A program made the position numbers and the translations under genes. 64,000 bases of DNA. It comes from Phoronis australis (Eukaryota; Animalia; Phoronida). The stretch is from contig NMRA01000242.1 of the NCBI GenBank assembly GCA_002633005.1, positions 218,741 to 282,740 on the forward strand. Reading direction: 5' to 3'. The notes beneath the pieces were generated by a model. It was given only the letters and a program-made list of their open reading frames with translations, was not told where the DNA came from and did no database searches. Within the stretch, counting starts at the first letter, position 1, and every line of letters begins with the position of its first letter. Of this stretch, positions 12,115 to 26,100 are shown piece by piece.

Positions 12115-13435
12115 ATGAGTGAAATGACTAACAGTAGTGACAGTCTGGCATGTAAACGTCTTGTTAATGTTGTTGTGGAGTCATAAGTCACAGAAATAAA
12201 TGTTTGAGGTTTTGTGCAACCAATTGTTTAAAACTGAACGCATATGTTGTTACCATGACTGAGAGTATAAATTATTGGAGAGACATTTTCACTGTTGCTT
12301 GCATAGTTCCTGATTAAATATGAAGCAGTACATGACCATGAATAGAGCCCAGGGTTGGAGCAGTGTTTTAGTGCTAGTCAGCTTACAACCTAGTTAGGTC
12401 AACTTGTAAGTTCTTTAACTCGGCAGTTTCTTGCTTTGGAATTTTCTGAATATAATTCCCTTAAACAATTATTAAACAGATTTTATGTGCATTAGTTGGA
12501 AATGTAGTGTTGCGACATTGTTATTCTAGTTTGTGCACTTGGCCTTCCATGAAAGTCTGATTTTGATTGGATCCGACTTATGTTTATTGCAGGTTGAATA
12601 CCTTTAAGAATCATTGGATAGGAAAAATATTTACCAATTGTTTATTAGGTTCACTGCACACATTGCATCAAAACATCAACATTTTCAAGTTGTTTGCATT
12701 TAGTGAATGGTTAGTAATTGGCAAATGCATCCGGCAACAATTTCAGTGAAAGTCTTGACATTGCTTTTAGGCTTTCATTGTCTTTCAGGTGGCTAGTGTC
12801 GCTGTTTTGACTTTTTTGGTTTCATGTTAAGTATCTTTGTGTCAAGTCGTAGAAAACCAAGTTAATTTATAAAATTCTTTAATAAACATAGAATATATTA
12901 CACAGTACATTCATGTGAACTTTCACGTGATCGTGTAATTACGTGCGGGTGTGCATATGCAAACTAGATATCACACATATTCAGTAATTCACATCCAGTC
13001 TCCACAAAATAACATACCAGAATGCATAACTACAAAATGCAATCTGTAATGAGTGCTTTATAATAATCAATACCTGCATGTATCAAGTCAAGGTTTTCAT
13101 GGATGATTAAATTTGAAAATTTTCATTGATTTCCACACATAGGTAACATACACAACATTATTCAACTATGGAACAGCAGCATGTCATCATTTTCACATGT
13201 TAGCTAAAACACAGTCACATTCACCCAGACAGCTGCTGATAAATGGTGACCATATAAAAGGTTTTCTTCTGCGGTTTAACACGGGGTTTCCACAACACGT
13301 AATACGACAGAATGAAATGGCAGGAAGAAAATGTGTTTTTGTATACAGCAAACATGAGCAGTTCAAGGTTTGCACTCTCGATATATGTAAATGTCATAGA
13401 CGAAGATGCTTGAAGTGAATGACAGGTTATTGCAT

Positions 13436-13952
13436 CAGGGCTTGGAATGACCAATGACAAAAAACGCGGAAACTTTGAAACTTTTACGGCCCAAATCATG
13501 CCCCATAACCAGCCTTGAAATGGTCAATGTGAATCTTTCCCCAACAAAAATCGGGAGGACTAAAAAGAAAAAAAAAGGTTACCACCATCAGAAGCATGCG
13601 TCTGCGTCCTTTTAGCTCGCCCGTCCACTCCCAACCCACACATTTTTGGCTGCAGAGCGACAGTATTTGTCGCCGCGCTTATCAATAACACGAGACGCCA
13701 TTGAAAATCACACCACGCTGTCCCAGATGCCCCGGCAATGTTGACAATTTACATTCCTCCAAAACATAAAGAGCAACGGCAACTTCCGCTTTTCGAGGTG
13801 AACGTCGTCTGCAACGCCGCGGTAAGAAAGGAATTTGCCGCGGAAATTTTATATCAAATCCGATTTTTTTACGCGGAAATATTATAAAAAAAGCGGAAAG
13901 CACATTTGAAAAAAGCGGAAATCCGCGTTTCCGCGGAAAATTCCAAGCCCTG
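13436..13952. mobile_element. hAT-like MITE family A, copy 2 (6-bp TSD ttgcat), ~200 bp downstream of the SMC4 stop
   Basis: TIR cagggcttggaat...attccaagccctg with ttgcat on both flanks. Confidence 0.88.
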
Positions 13953-14155
13953 TTGCATATATATACAGCAGAACAGCAACACAATCGAGAGTAGTCTGAG
14001 GTGGCAGTGTTGAAGTGGTCTATACCTTTGAAGGAATGATAGGAAACGGTATACCAAACATGAACAGCACTACCAACAGGATCGTCCATGACTAATCTAA
14101 TTTTGGCAAACACCGACGCCTCTTCATTGAGATCTAACCAAGTCTGGAGTGTCTT

Positions 14156-17100
14156 TTAAGAACATGGTTCCACTGTTGGACTGACATAGGTGTGCGGGTT
14201 AATGGCCACAGTTTGGGTACAGTTGTTAGTTTTATAGATGCCCACCAGGCGGTCGGAGAGTTCAAACATGTTGTTTCGCAGGGAGATGATGATAAATTGG
14301 GCGTTCTTGGTCCGCTCCTGCAATGTCAGGGAACATAGGAGATAAGCATTTAGTTTATTAGTTAAAATCAACATGTGTACATGTCAAATGTAATTTGGTA
14401 TGGGATTATCCCAACAACAACATGTGTACATGTCAAATGTAATTTGGTATGGGATTATCCCAACAACAACATGTGTACATGTCAAATGTAATTTGGTATG
14501 GGATTATCCCAACAATAAGATTAAGGTTATGTAAGACACTAATGACAAGTCTGTATTTTGCAAAAAATCTAGAAACCCTGCAGAATTTTGATTTTGGACT
14601 TTTTACCAAACTGCCATTAGCTGGGTCACATGACCACGTCTGTTATGTACAAGTTAGAAACAAAGGAAGATACATTGATAAAAAACAACAGGTATCAATA
14701 AAAGGATGAAATTTCATTTGATATAATTGTTCAAGACCAGATCTTAAAAACATTGTTTTTAAACACAATTCCTACAGGGATTTTGGAGATGAGTGCTTAA
14801 AAAAGTATGTAAAAGTTTTATAATAATCTGGTCACATATCTCTGAGATATGATGAATCAGCCAAATTTGAACATTTTTCTATGGTCCTCCATAACATTAT
14901 GAATCGGACTAAACAAAATTGTTAAATAACTCACAAAACTTTTTGTGTTCACCAAAGTGTCATTATTCACAACAGAGCAACACCATGTCTAAAACACACA
15001 AAAAACAGACCACCACATGCCTTGTCAAGCACGCACATCTCACCCAGCTACTCACCTTAATATAGTGCGCTACAATGGAGACATTCCTGAAGTCGAGTGC
15101 AGCATCAATTTCATCCATGACATACAGCGGTGTTGGCTTGAAGTGGTGAAGAGCAAACACTAGTGCTAGTGAGCTTAAGGTCTTCTCACCACCAGATAAG
15201 TTGGAGATGTTCTTCCATGACTTCTTCGGAGGACGCACGCTGTAAGTATGGACATATGATGAATTGTTGCCAAGACTACTGAAGCAAGTGTTAGGTTGGA
15301 TGCATTGCTCAGCGTCTTCAGAAGGACCTGTTGCTGTGTGGCAGTAGAATGTCTTGTGAGTATACTATGTAGCTAGAATAGTTACACAGTATATACCCAT
15401 CATGTCACCTCTATACAAACTGTTACATAGTAACATTCAACAAACTGCCAAGCACCGAAAATAAGATGCACGACGCATAATCATTTTTAGGTTTAGATTT
15501 TTTTGATTAAAATTTTCCACATTTTGAAATAGATACGACTACTGTTTGCAGAATAAGAATCTATGCCACATTAAGTCAATGAAACAGCATTGAATGAAAA
15601 CTGCCCGTCTTACATTATTGTTAAGGTTAACTAATGTCTACTCTAACTGGACCAGCGTCTTTCCACCATGATCCTTTAGCCCATACCTGAACACAATCCC
15701 TTCAGAGAACGGGTCGAGTGAGTCAACCAATTCCAGTTCGGCATCGCCCCCTAGTGTGATCATTTGGTACATCTCCTTCAGTTTGTATGTGATCACACCA
15801 AAGCCTGCCATAAACTCGTCGAGTCGCTGCTTGCGAAGACCCTCGTGGTGTCGCCGCTGCTGGTCACGCACGTCTGTCACATGGTCCAGCTCTGCCACTT
15901 TCTTCAAGTAGTTCTCCTCCTAATGGAGTGAATGATCTTCTAGTTTACAATTAAGCAGCTTGTTTCATAGACACAGACAAGTTCTGGCAGGAAGTACATT
16001 TCAGCCTCACTTACAGGAGAGCTAACATTCAAGCACTGGTTGACAGAGAGGCAGTCCTTCAACATTCCTACTCAGATATGATGCAACAGGTAGATTGACA
16101 CTATGACACAGTATTTCTTAGTTTTTGCAGACTGTCACAAACCAAAACCAAGTCAAAGTAAAAGGATGAACGATGTGACTTTTGCCAAAATGCCAAGCCA
16201 ATTCATTAAAAAAACTAGCTTAGATATGTCTGAGTATATTCTGAAAAAAGAATTTTGCTAACACGAAGCATTGAAGTATATGACAGCGCCACAGATGAAA
16301 TGGGTCTAGGGGAGTTTACTAGTGTTCCATCCTAGAACTCTGTAGATGCAGAGGCAATATCAAAAAACTAAAATTGTCAATAGGGGCAAAGTAATAGACG
16401 AATTGGTCTGAACTCATTGTCGTCTGTTGTCAACTTCATAGGAGCACATCTGCCAAATCTCAATGAGATCCTGACAAAGATGATAGCAATATGCACTCAT
16501 GGGTGCATAAAAATGAAAAGCGTTTTTACACAGTGAGCAGACCTGTGTACCAACAAAACTCCATTGGAGTACTCTGAACACCAGATTTGCAGGTTTTTCA
16601 GTAAATTTGCAGATTTTTTAGTACAGACCAAATTTACCCTAAAATATGGGGGGGGGTTAATTTTCACAGTGGACCTTTCACTAACTAAAAAAAGAAAAAA
16701 CAACGAGTTTGTTCAACGTTCAGAGCTTTCGCAGAATACTTGCCTCTTTAGTAGACTTTTGTCTTGTTTAGTCAAACTTTTGGTTTCTCAAATGACCCCT
16801 CCCAAGGACAGTTTTCCTACTTACTTGCCTCTAAAATACACGCAGTAACTTGATCACTAATTTTCAGAATAATTTAAGTCGTTTAATAGAGGGAAAACGC
16901 GCTAAGTGAAAAGATCCTGTTAATCAAATGTCCTTACTGAACTTAGTTGTCTTTACATGCCTAATCATTAGGCTAATGATTAACCTAATGATTAATCATG
17001 TATATACACCTCATTTCTTAACACAAAAACATATCTGCAAATATGTGTTGATGAATCTGCACTGAATGTGCAATGTTTCGCACCAGACGATATTTTCTAA

Positions 17101-20100
17101 ACCAATCACAAAAGTTTTGAACAATTATTCATTGCATGTGTCTGTGAACATGTACCACCGTACTGCATGCGAAAAGACCTCCAGGCTCGACTGTGCCTTG
17201 AGTATTATCGTCAGCTCAACATGCTACGAAGTCAGTGCAGATCACCATGTCCGCAAAAAACAACACGCCTTACAACTTCCAGTATAAATTCCACGGTCCC
17301 TTGAATAAGACATTGTCATTCTTTGGAACAACGCAGTAAAAAAAANGTTCAACTTAATCCATCCAATTGTTACAGACAGTTCTACAATAGGCCGATAACT
17401 CTGATTGACTCTTGCCACGCCCCTCGCCTCAGTCAATACTGTTGACATGTAATAGCGCCTTCCTCATTGCCCCACAATATACAATCATAGAATTGAACTT
17501 CCTCTTACCTTTCTTGCCTACTGGGACTTGGAAACTTGGTCTCGCACAATGTGATTAAAGTTCGCGTTTATCACTATTGCAGTGTCCATATAACAAAAAT
17601 GTTACTGAATCAAGTCAAGCTTTCCTGCCTAAACAGCAGCCGTCACACCATCTAGTACCACTGTGTCACATATCTCCAGCTCATACTACCCCTCCACACC
17701 CACACTGACCCTCCTCACCCACCCTGCACAACCACCCTCCACACCAATCAACAAAAACTCACCTCCTTCTTCCAGTGCTTAATCTTCATCTGACTGTCCT
17801 TCACTACTGTCTCATACTTTTCCAGCTCATGTTTAACTTCAATGTGACCCTTCTGGAGGTCATTTTCCTCCTTCTCAAGGTCAGCTACAGCTGTCTTCAC
17901 TTCCTCAAGAGCTGCCTCTGACTCTTTCATACGTTCCTAAGTGAAGTAAGGAGACACAACATGATGTTCTGTATTCTGGAGCAGCATTGTCTGAGAGAAG
18001 AGTCTTCACATAACACTACACCTGAGCTGACTGGTACATCATATGAGCCCTTAGACATGCAAACTATACGTTAAAGGAACTCTGGTTTATAGAAATTCTA
18101 CAAATGATATTTCCTGACTGAAATGACAATTAACACACATTTTAACTGAAAACGTATGGAGACTATGCAAAGGGTGACAAAATAAAATCTTTAAGAGAAA
18201 ACATTGTTTTGGAAGCACACACACACACGTCATACAGGATCCACCAAAAGCTCACCTGTACCGACTGGAATGCCTCCAACACTTTGGTCGCATCTTCTTC
18301 CAGTTTCTTGAACAGCTTCTCCAGTTCCCCAATAGAGGTCTCATTCTCAGTTATCTCCTCCTCCAGAGACTTCACTTTGTCTTCTGCCTTCTTCTGGTTT
18401 CTATAACACAGAACTCAGTGTTAATCAAACAACGATCAAGATGTTTACGCAAATAACACTGTCCCATATTTAAGAAAACAGAAACTTGTAAGCATTAAAC
18501 CAACGTTTACAGGAAGTAGAAAGGGTAGAGTAAACAACAGTACCGTGTACTGATCATATAACCTGACAATGCCTCATTAGACATGGGACACAACACACTA
18601 CAGTGCAACTGACCTCTGGGCAGTCTTGACGGCCACTCCAGCCTTAGTGATCTGACCAGTCACCTGATCAATCAAGTTACTGACGTGGTCGACCTTCTTC
18701 TGAGCCGTGCTCATCTTGGCTGTGGTCAGGTCCATGATCTGTTTGTGAAGAGCATCGACACAATCTTTGACCACTTGGGCAGCATCAGCAGCCTTAGTGT
18801 AATCTACAATACAGCACAGAACTTTAATAGTGCTGTGGGAATCTACAGTTCCACTGGAGTCACATAAGTATACCTTTGGTTCCATATTAGTTTTTTGACA
18901 GAAACAATCAAGAAAAGAAAAAACAAAACACAAAACTTGTATAAATCTTTGCTAATCAGGTATCGTCTTAAGAGACAAAGGTATCAAAATGTTAATTTCA
19001 GTCCTTTGCACATGATTGGGTAGTACAAGGGTCTCACTGCCACAAACTTAACCCCAGTGCTTTGCCAGGGAATAGAGGAAATTTGCATCTCTGCAGATGG
19101 CAAGTGTCAAGAGTCCTTGCAACACATCCATGCTCTTTTCCTGAAGATACCCACCTTCTCCAGTTGCCATAGCTCCTTAGTTGCCTTCCAATACCCACCA
19201 GACCACACATCAACCAACCTTTCTTGAATGAATTCACCTTCTGCAGCTGCTGAAGCTCTTTAGTAGACCAGCCTTCCAGTACCCATCAGAAAACATGACC
19301 CTAGACACCCACATACCCTACTTACCTTTCTTGAATGCGTCCACCTTCTTCTGCAGTTGCTGAAGCTCTTTAGCATCTGGTGCTGCAGCCTTCACTCTCT
19401 CTACCTGCTCCTTTTCTTGAACCTGCAGGCTGGACAGTTGTTCTTCCAGATGCTGAATAAGATAAGACGAATTTAATACTGCCACAACTATAACAGAGAA
19501 CACCACTCTGGCAAAACTATGTCGTATCAGTCAGTCGATGCATCTGTACCAGACAAACAAAAGAATTTAGTTTCAAGTGCAGAGTATCACCAACCTCACC
19601 CAGAACAATGTATCAGATTAGCTCACTACATTTACAAAACAATGTCTGTGCTGTCAGTTTCTGTAAACTGGTGATGTGTAGGATGACGACTCCAGAGTCA
19701 TGTTGCCCCCAGTATCAAACTTATTTTGTCACTAAATTGGCAGTCTATATTTTTAGAACATGACAATTTTCAAAACCAACTCGACTAGAGAGTGTGTTAA
19801 TTTTCTCCTTCAACTCTGGGGCCAGGTTGACCACTGTCTCACAACGCCCCACCCTCCACTCACCTTAACCTCCATGTTGTACTTCTCTTGAGTATGTTTC
19901 ATCTCCTTCAACTCCTTGGTCATCTTGACCACTGTCTCATCCAGCTCTTCACGTCTCTCACGTACAGCATGTATGTCTTCAGTGTTCTAATCAACACAAC
20001 ATTGTCATGTAGTTAATGAATGAGGTGGGCACAGGAGCCAAAAAATAACCATCAGTTGTTAGAGAACTATGAGACATTTTTACATTTACTTTAAAATTTT

Positions 20101-23100
20101 GTTCAAAGGTGAAAGTAAAGAAGCTCAGTCAAAAGTGTGTTAGAGTTTTATGCTGTCAATACTTCTTCTTGTACCTCAAAAAAACGGCCTTGACATTTGA
20201 TTTACTTTAAAAGCTAATGAGTGCTTTAATGGTGCAACAGGTGACTACCGTTATCCACATTGTGTAGAAGTACGCAGTTTCTTGTCACAAAAATGGTAAT
20301 AGAACTATTTATGGTCCGCATTACACGATCAACGCTGGCTGTCGTACCACACACATGTACAGTGCATATGTTTGAGCCAGACTCGTGGTCCGCACTACAC
20401 GATCAACGCTGGCTGTCGTACCACACATGTACAGTGCATATGTTTGAGCCAGACTCGTGGTCCGCATTACACGATCAACACTGGCTGTCGTACCACACAC
20501 ATGTACAGTGCATATGTTTGAGCCAGACTCGTGGTCCGCATTACATGATCAACGCTGGCTGTCGTACCACACACATGTAAAGTGCATATGTTTGAGCCAG
20601 ACTCGTGGTCCGCATTACACGATCAACGCTGGCTGTCGTAACACACACATGTACAGTGCATAGCTTTCAGCCAGACTAATGGGCATCACAACTCAACAAA
20701 TGAAGAGGAAGTCATTTCTGACTGAATGAGAAACGGACAACCTGGCAGAATAATTTCACAAATGTCAAAAGACGAATCTCTGATTACAAATGACACTTTA
20801 TTGCAAAAATCGATTGACAAATGACAAAATATCACTTAATTAACAAAAGGAAGTATAAGTTAACCCTAGTCCTACTAACCCCTGGCTTCTCCGGTTTCAA
20901 CATTCCAGTCTTTCTGGCTAACCCCAGAGGTCTCCGGCTGCCTAGCACTGATCTAAGTAGGTCAAACTCAATTCAAAAATAACAACCAATCAGAAAATTT
21001 AAAAGGACCTAGTTAGGCTGCGTTGCTTCAGACAAGGCATAAGGTCCCAAGTATTCATGAAAGACTGTTTGTGATTGGCTAATTGAGCAATATTGGTCTA
21101 GGATTCCATATTGAGCATGGGATTTTCCAGTCTTCCTTCACACCGGTAACTTATCTTGATTTACCTGTTGTTCTGAGGCCTCTTGTTTGAAATGGACACT
21201 TGATACTGATTTCAGAACACTTCTACCCTTATTTTAATTGACATATGCTCATTTTTTTTTGGTTGTGTTTATTTGCATGAGATAAGAATATTGAAAACTG
21301 CTGTATTTTACACCATTACCGGTGTTCCATTGGTCATCAGCAGCATATATCATAATTATCTTCCTGATTTATATGATAGAGATGAAGCTGATTTTATGAG
21401 CTTCACAATGATGTATAATACATGGTATATAAATCAAACTGGTTTGTTAAATCTTTGATTAAAACAATTGAGTGTGTTAATATTGAGCTAGACATAAAAA
21501 TAGCCACCCAGCTGGTCAGGACACTGTTTACAGTGTATAGCACTACAAAGGTTAAGTTTGTCGGCTATTTTTTGCATAGAAAACATTTGTTTTTACGTTT
21601 ACGGCCGTACAGCACTCACCTTGTTTAGTTTCTTCTCCATCTCCTGCAGTTGCTTAGGGTTGACATTGTCCACTACAGCTGAACCCATGCGACCCTTGGA
21701 CACCTTACTGCCCCCACCACTCATGGTACCTGTGAAGCCACAACCAACCATTCACTATTTAGTATTAAGGAAGCAGGAGGATACAGATGGACCATATTAA
21801 CAGTTTTAGAGAGATGTGCTCTTTGTAACAGGCATTGAAATATATGTCTATTATACAAACTGGTGTGAATAGAACAGTTCCAGTCTTCCATCTATCTCCC
21901 GTTTGTATGAATACAACATCTCCAGTCACCCATCTATTTCCCGTTTGTAAGAATAGAACAGCTCCAGTCATCCATCTATCTCAGGTTAATACTTTGGTAT
22001 TTGGTAAAAAAAGGAAACGTGATGAGAACATGTATATTTTTAGGAAAAACTGAAAAACTGAATTTTTAGAGAAAAAATGGAAGATTGTTGTAATGTTACC
22101 TGAGGTCTCGATGAGTTGCCCCTGCAGGGACACCACCCTGTACCTCTGCTTGCCATACGAGATCCTGGTGGCTTGCTCCAAATCCTTGGCCACCAGTGTA
22201 TCTCTCAGGGCATGGTAGAACACAGTCAAAAGCTTCTCATCCTGGACTGTGATCAGGTCAAACAGACGCGGCACATTCTCAGGCCTACGGTTCAAAGAAC
22301 ACATGGGGTTAAATGTCTTAAAAGTGCAAATTATTTGATACACCTATCCACTGTAGTATACGCCCATTGCTATGTAACTGAGGAGCACAACTCGTGCATA
22401 AACTCATAAGTTTGTACGACACATTCTATGAGCATGAACTGTAAGCCTTCATCTTTCTAGGTAGCGTTGCATTAATCGCCCTAAAGACAGGATATAAGCA
22501 AGAGCCAGTCATGGATTAGATACAAACGAGTCCCCAAGCAGATGGCAACATCAGGCTCTCTGCTCCAATCCACTTTGTCATTGTCCCATTGTTTATTACG
22601 TTGACATGGTGTCACACTATATCATACTACTACTAACTGTTAAGTCCACACATTTTACACACCAATCTATATTTTGCTACAATGACATGTTCACATTCAT
22701 GTTTTTGAAATCCTGCGTACTTATTTGTTGAACCAACTTGTTTCATGATAGAGCTTTTTGCACATCCAATACCTCCACTCCTTTACCACCTAGTAAGAGT
22801 GGTAGTCACATTTTGATGACTATTCTTGTAATGTAATCTTTGCTACGATATTTTCAGTCAAAATAATGCACGTGCACACACGTTATCATTTTTTTCTGCT
22901 AACAAACCTACATCAATCCAACGGACTCTATTCTTGTGTTGCTTTCATAACTACACTGCAACTGCGCACATGTATCTATTTGTTTAAAATTAAGAAATAA
23001 ATACACGGACCTCAACGTTGGACTCGAATGCTATTTTACAATCGCGGAAAATGTACATGTAGACATGTCGAACCTGATCTTGGTTTTGAGTCTTTCCTGT

Positions 23101-26100
23101 CCAGCAGGGCTTGGAATGACCAATGCCAAAAAGAGGAAAACTTTCTAGATGATGTATCATTCCATAAATAAATAGGCCTGTGAGAAAAAAATGTTGTTTT
23201 TGTGTTGTAATATTTAAGTTTAATAAACGTTTTTGCATGAATAAGGTCAAAATGATAANCAAGCTGGCAGGATAATTTCACAATTGTCAAAACATGAATC
23301 TCTGATTAATTACAAATGACACTTTATTGCAAAAATCGATTGACAAATGACAAAATATCACTTAATTAGCAAAAGGAAGTATAAGTTAAGTTTGTCGGCT
23401 ATTTTTTGCATAGAAAACTTTTGTTTTTAGGTTTACGGCCGTACAGCACTCACCTTGTTTAGTTTCTTCTCCATCTCCTGCAGTTCCTTAGGGTTGACAT
23501 TGTCCACCACAGCTGAACCCATGCGACCCTTGGACACCTTACTGCCCCCACCACTCATGGTACCTGTGAAGCCACAACCAACCATTCACTATTTAGTATT
23601 AAGGAAGCAGGAGGATACACATGGACCATATTAACAGTTTTAGAGAGAAGTGCTCTTTGTAACAGGCATTAAAATATATGACTATTATACAAACTGGTGT
23701 GAATAGAACAGTTCCAGTCTTCCATCTATCTCCCATTTGTATGAATACAACATCTCCAGTCACCCATCTATTTCCCGTTTGTAAGAATAGAACAGCTCCA
23801 GTCATCCATCTATCTCAGGTTAATACTTTGTTATTTGGTAAGAAAAAGGAAATGTGATGAGAACATGTATATTTTTAAGCAAAACTAAAAAACTGAATTT
23901 TTAGAGGAAAAATGGAAGATTGCTGTAACGTTACCTGAGGTCTCGATGAGTTGCCCCTGCAGGGACACCACCCTGTACCTCTGCTTGCCATACGAGATCC
24001 TGGTGGCTTGCTCCAAATCCTTAGCCACCAGTGTATCTCGCAGGGCATGGTAGAACACAGTCAAAAGCTTCTCATCCTGGACTGTGATCAGGTCAAACAG
24101 ACGCGGCACATTCTCAGGCCTACGGTTCAAAGAACACATGGGGTTAAATGTCTTAAAAGTGCAAATTATTTGATACACCTATCCACTGTAGTATACGCCC
24201 ATTGCTATGTAACTGAGGAGCACAACTCGTGCATAAACTCATAAGTTTGTACGACACATTCTATGAGCATGAACTGTAAGCCTTCATCTTTCTAGGTAGC
24301 GTTGCATTAATCGCCCTAAAGACAGGATATAAGCAAGAGCCAGTCATGGATTAGATACAAACGAGTCCCCAAGCAGATGGCAACATCAGGCTCTCTGCTC
24401 CAATCCACTTTGTCATTGTCCCATTGTTTATTACGTTGACATGGTGTCACACTATATCATACTACTACTAACTGTTAAGTCCACACATTTTACACACCAA
24501 TCTATATTTTGCTACAATGACATGTTCACATTCATGTTTTTGAAATCCTGCGTACTTATTTGTTGAACCAACTTGTTTCATGATAGAGCTTTTTGCACAT
24601 CCAATACCTCCACTCCTTTACCACCTAGTAAGAGTGGTAGTCACATTTTGATGACTATTCTTGTAATGTAATCTTTGCTACGATATTTTCAGTCAAAATA
24701 ATGCACGTGCACACACGTTATCATTTTTTTCTGCTAACAAACCTACATCAATCCAACGGACTCTATTCTTGTGTTGCTTTCATAACTACACTGCAACTGC
24801 GCACATGTATCTATTTGTTTAAAATTAAGAAATAAATACACGGACCTCAACGTTGGACTCGAATGCTATTTTACAATCGCGGAAAATGTACATGTAGACA
24901 TGTCGAACCTGATCTTGGTTTTGAGTCTTTCCTGTCCAGCAGGGCTTGGAATGACCAATGCCAAAAAGAGGAAAACTTTCTAGATGATGTATCATTCCAT
25001 AAATAAATAGGCCTGTGAGAAAAAAATGTTGTTTTTGTGTTGTAATATTTAAGTTTAATAAACGTTTTTGCATGAATAAGGTCAAAATGATAAAAAGAAA
25101 TGAGGAAAAGAGGAAACTAGAAATCAAATAAGAGGAAATCGAAATCAAAAAAGGAAATCCTCTTGAAAGAGGAAAATTCCAAGCCTGGTCCAGGCACACA
25201 GGTTCGTCAGTATATTGGTTAATCTAGCGCTGGTGCAAGAATAGGTTGTTAATGAGGATTGAGACACATGAGAGGCACTGCTAATTTCTGAGTAGATGGG
25301 CTGATATGCAAGAATGAAACAAAAGTTTGGGTGGACTTATGGCCAAGCAGATACTGTGTTGGAGCAAGAGTTTGAGGGATTAAATGTTAGGGCTCTTTCA
25401 GCAAAATCTGTGTGGGGGGGAAGGCAACTGAAATAAAAATTTATGGGTGGTTGCGTTTGACTTAAATTCAAAATAGCTGGTGGTCGTACTTCAAAAAAAT
25501 AAAATTTACAGGTCATTGTTGTTTCATTGGGACATAAATGTTTGATGGTGGGTAATTTTAGTAAATTTTATAAACAATCTGCACAGAATCAAAAACTGAA
25601 ACAAAAATGCAACTTGCAAAGAGCTCCGACTTTTTCACTCCCTCCGATCTCCTCATCGGCATGCCCATAACACCATTTAACCACAGGTGCTCGAATTTCT
25701 CGATGGCCAATAACCATATATAAGAAACATGTTTTCTTAGTATTGAATGACGTTAGTGATGATGGAGGAACAAATAAACTCAAGTGCCTGTGCAGTCAAC
25801 CACAAGAACAAAAAAAAATACGAGTGGTTGCATTTCAAACTTATAAAAAATTACGGATGGTAGGCTGAAGAAATGAATGAAAAATATGGGTGGTGGGTGC
25901 GAAAGAAAGGTGCCTTCCCCCCCTCCCATACAGATTTTACTGGAACAGCCCTTATCTATTTACTGGTTCATTTCAGTTCCCTGTCATAAATAGCATGCCA
26001 TTGAAAGTACAACCACATAATGAATCACTTGACAGTTTTGTGAGCACACTACAGCAAGAGAGACAACTCACGTCTGGATCTTCTTCTTGACGTGTTCCTT

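Noticed and set aside
20313-20676. Regularly spaced repeats resembling a CRISPR array (also 52711-52966 and 61210-61549)
   Set aside because: Units are contiguous with no unique spacers, there are no cas genes, and the context is eukaryotic intron; these are minisatellites.
22116-22409. Antisense ORFs over SMC4 exons (also 23951-24244 and 26092-26397)
   Set aside because: Shadow frames opposite genuine coding exons.
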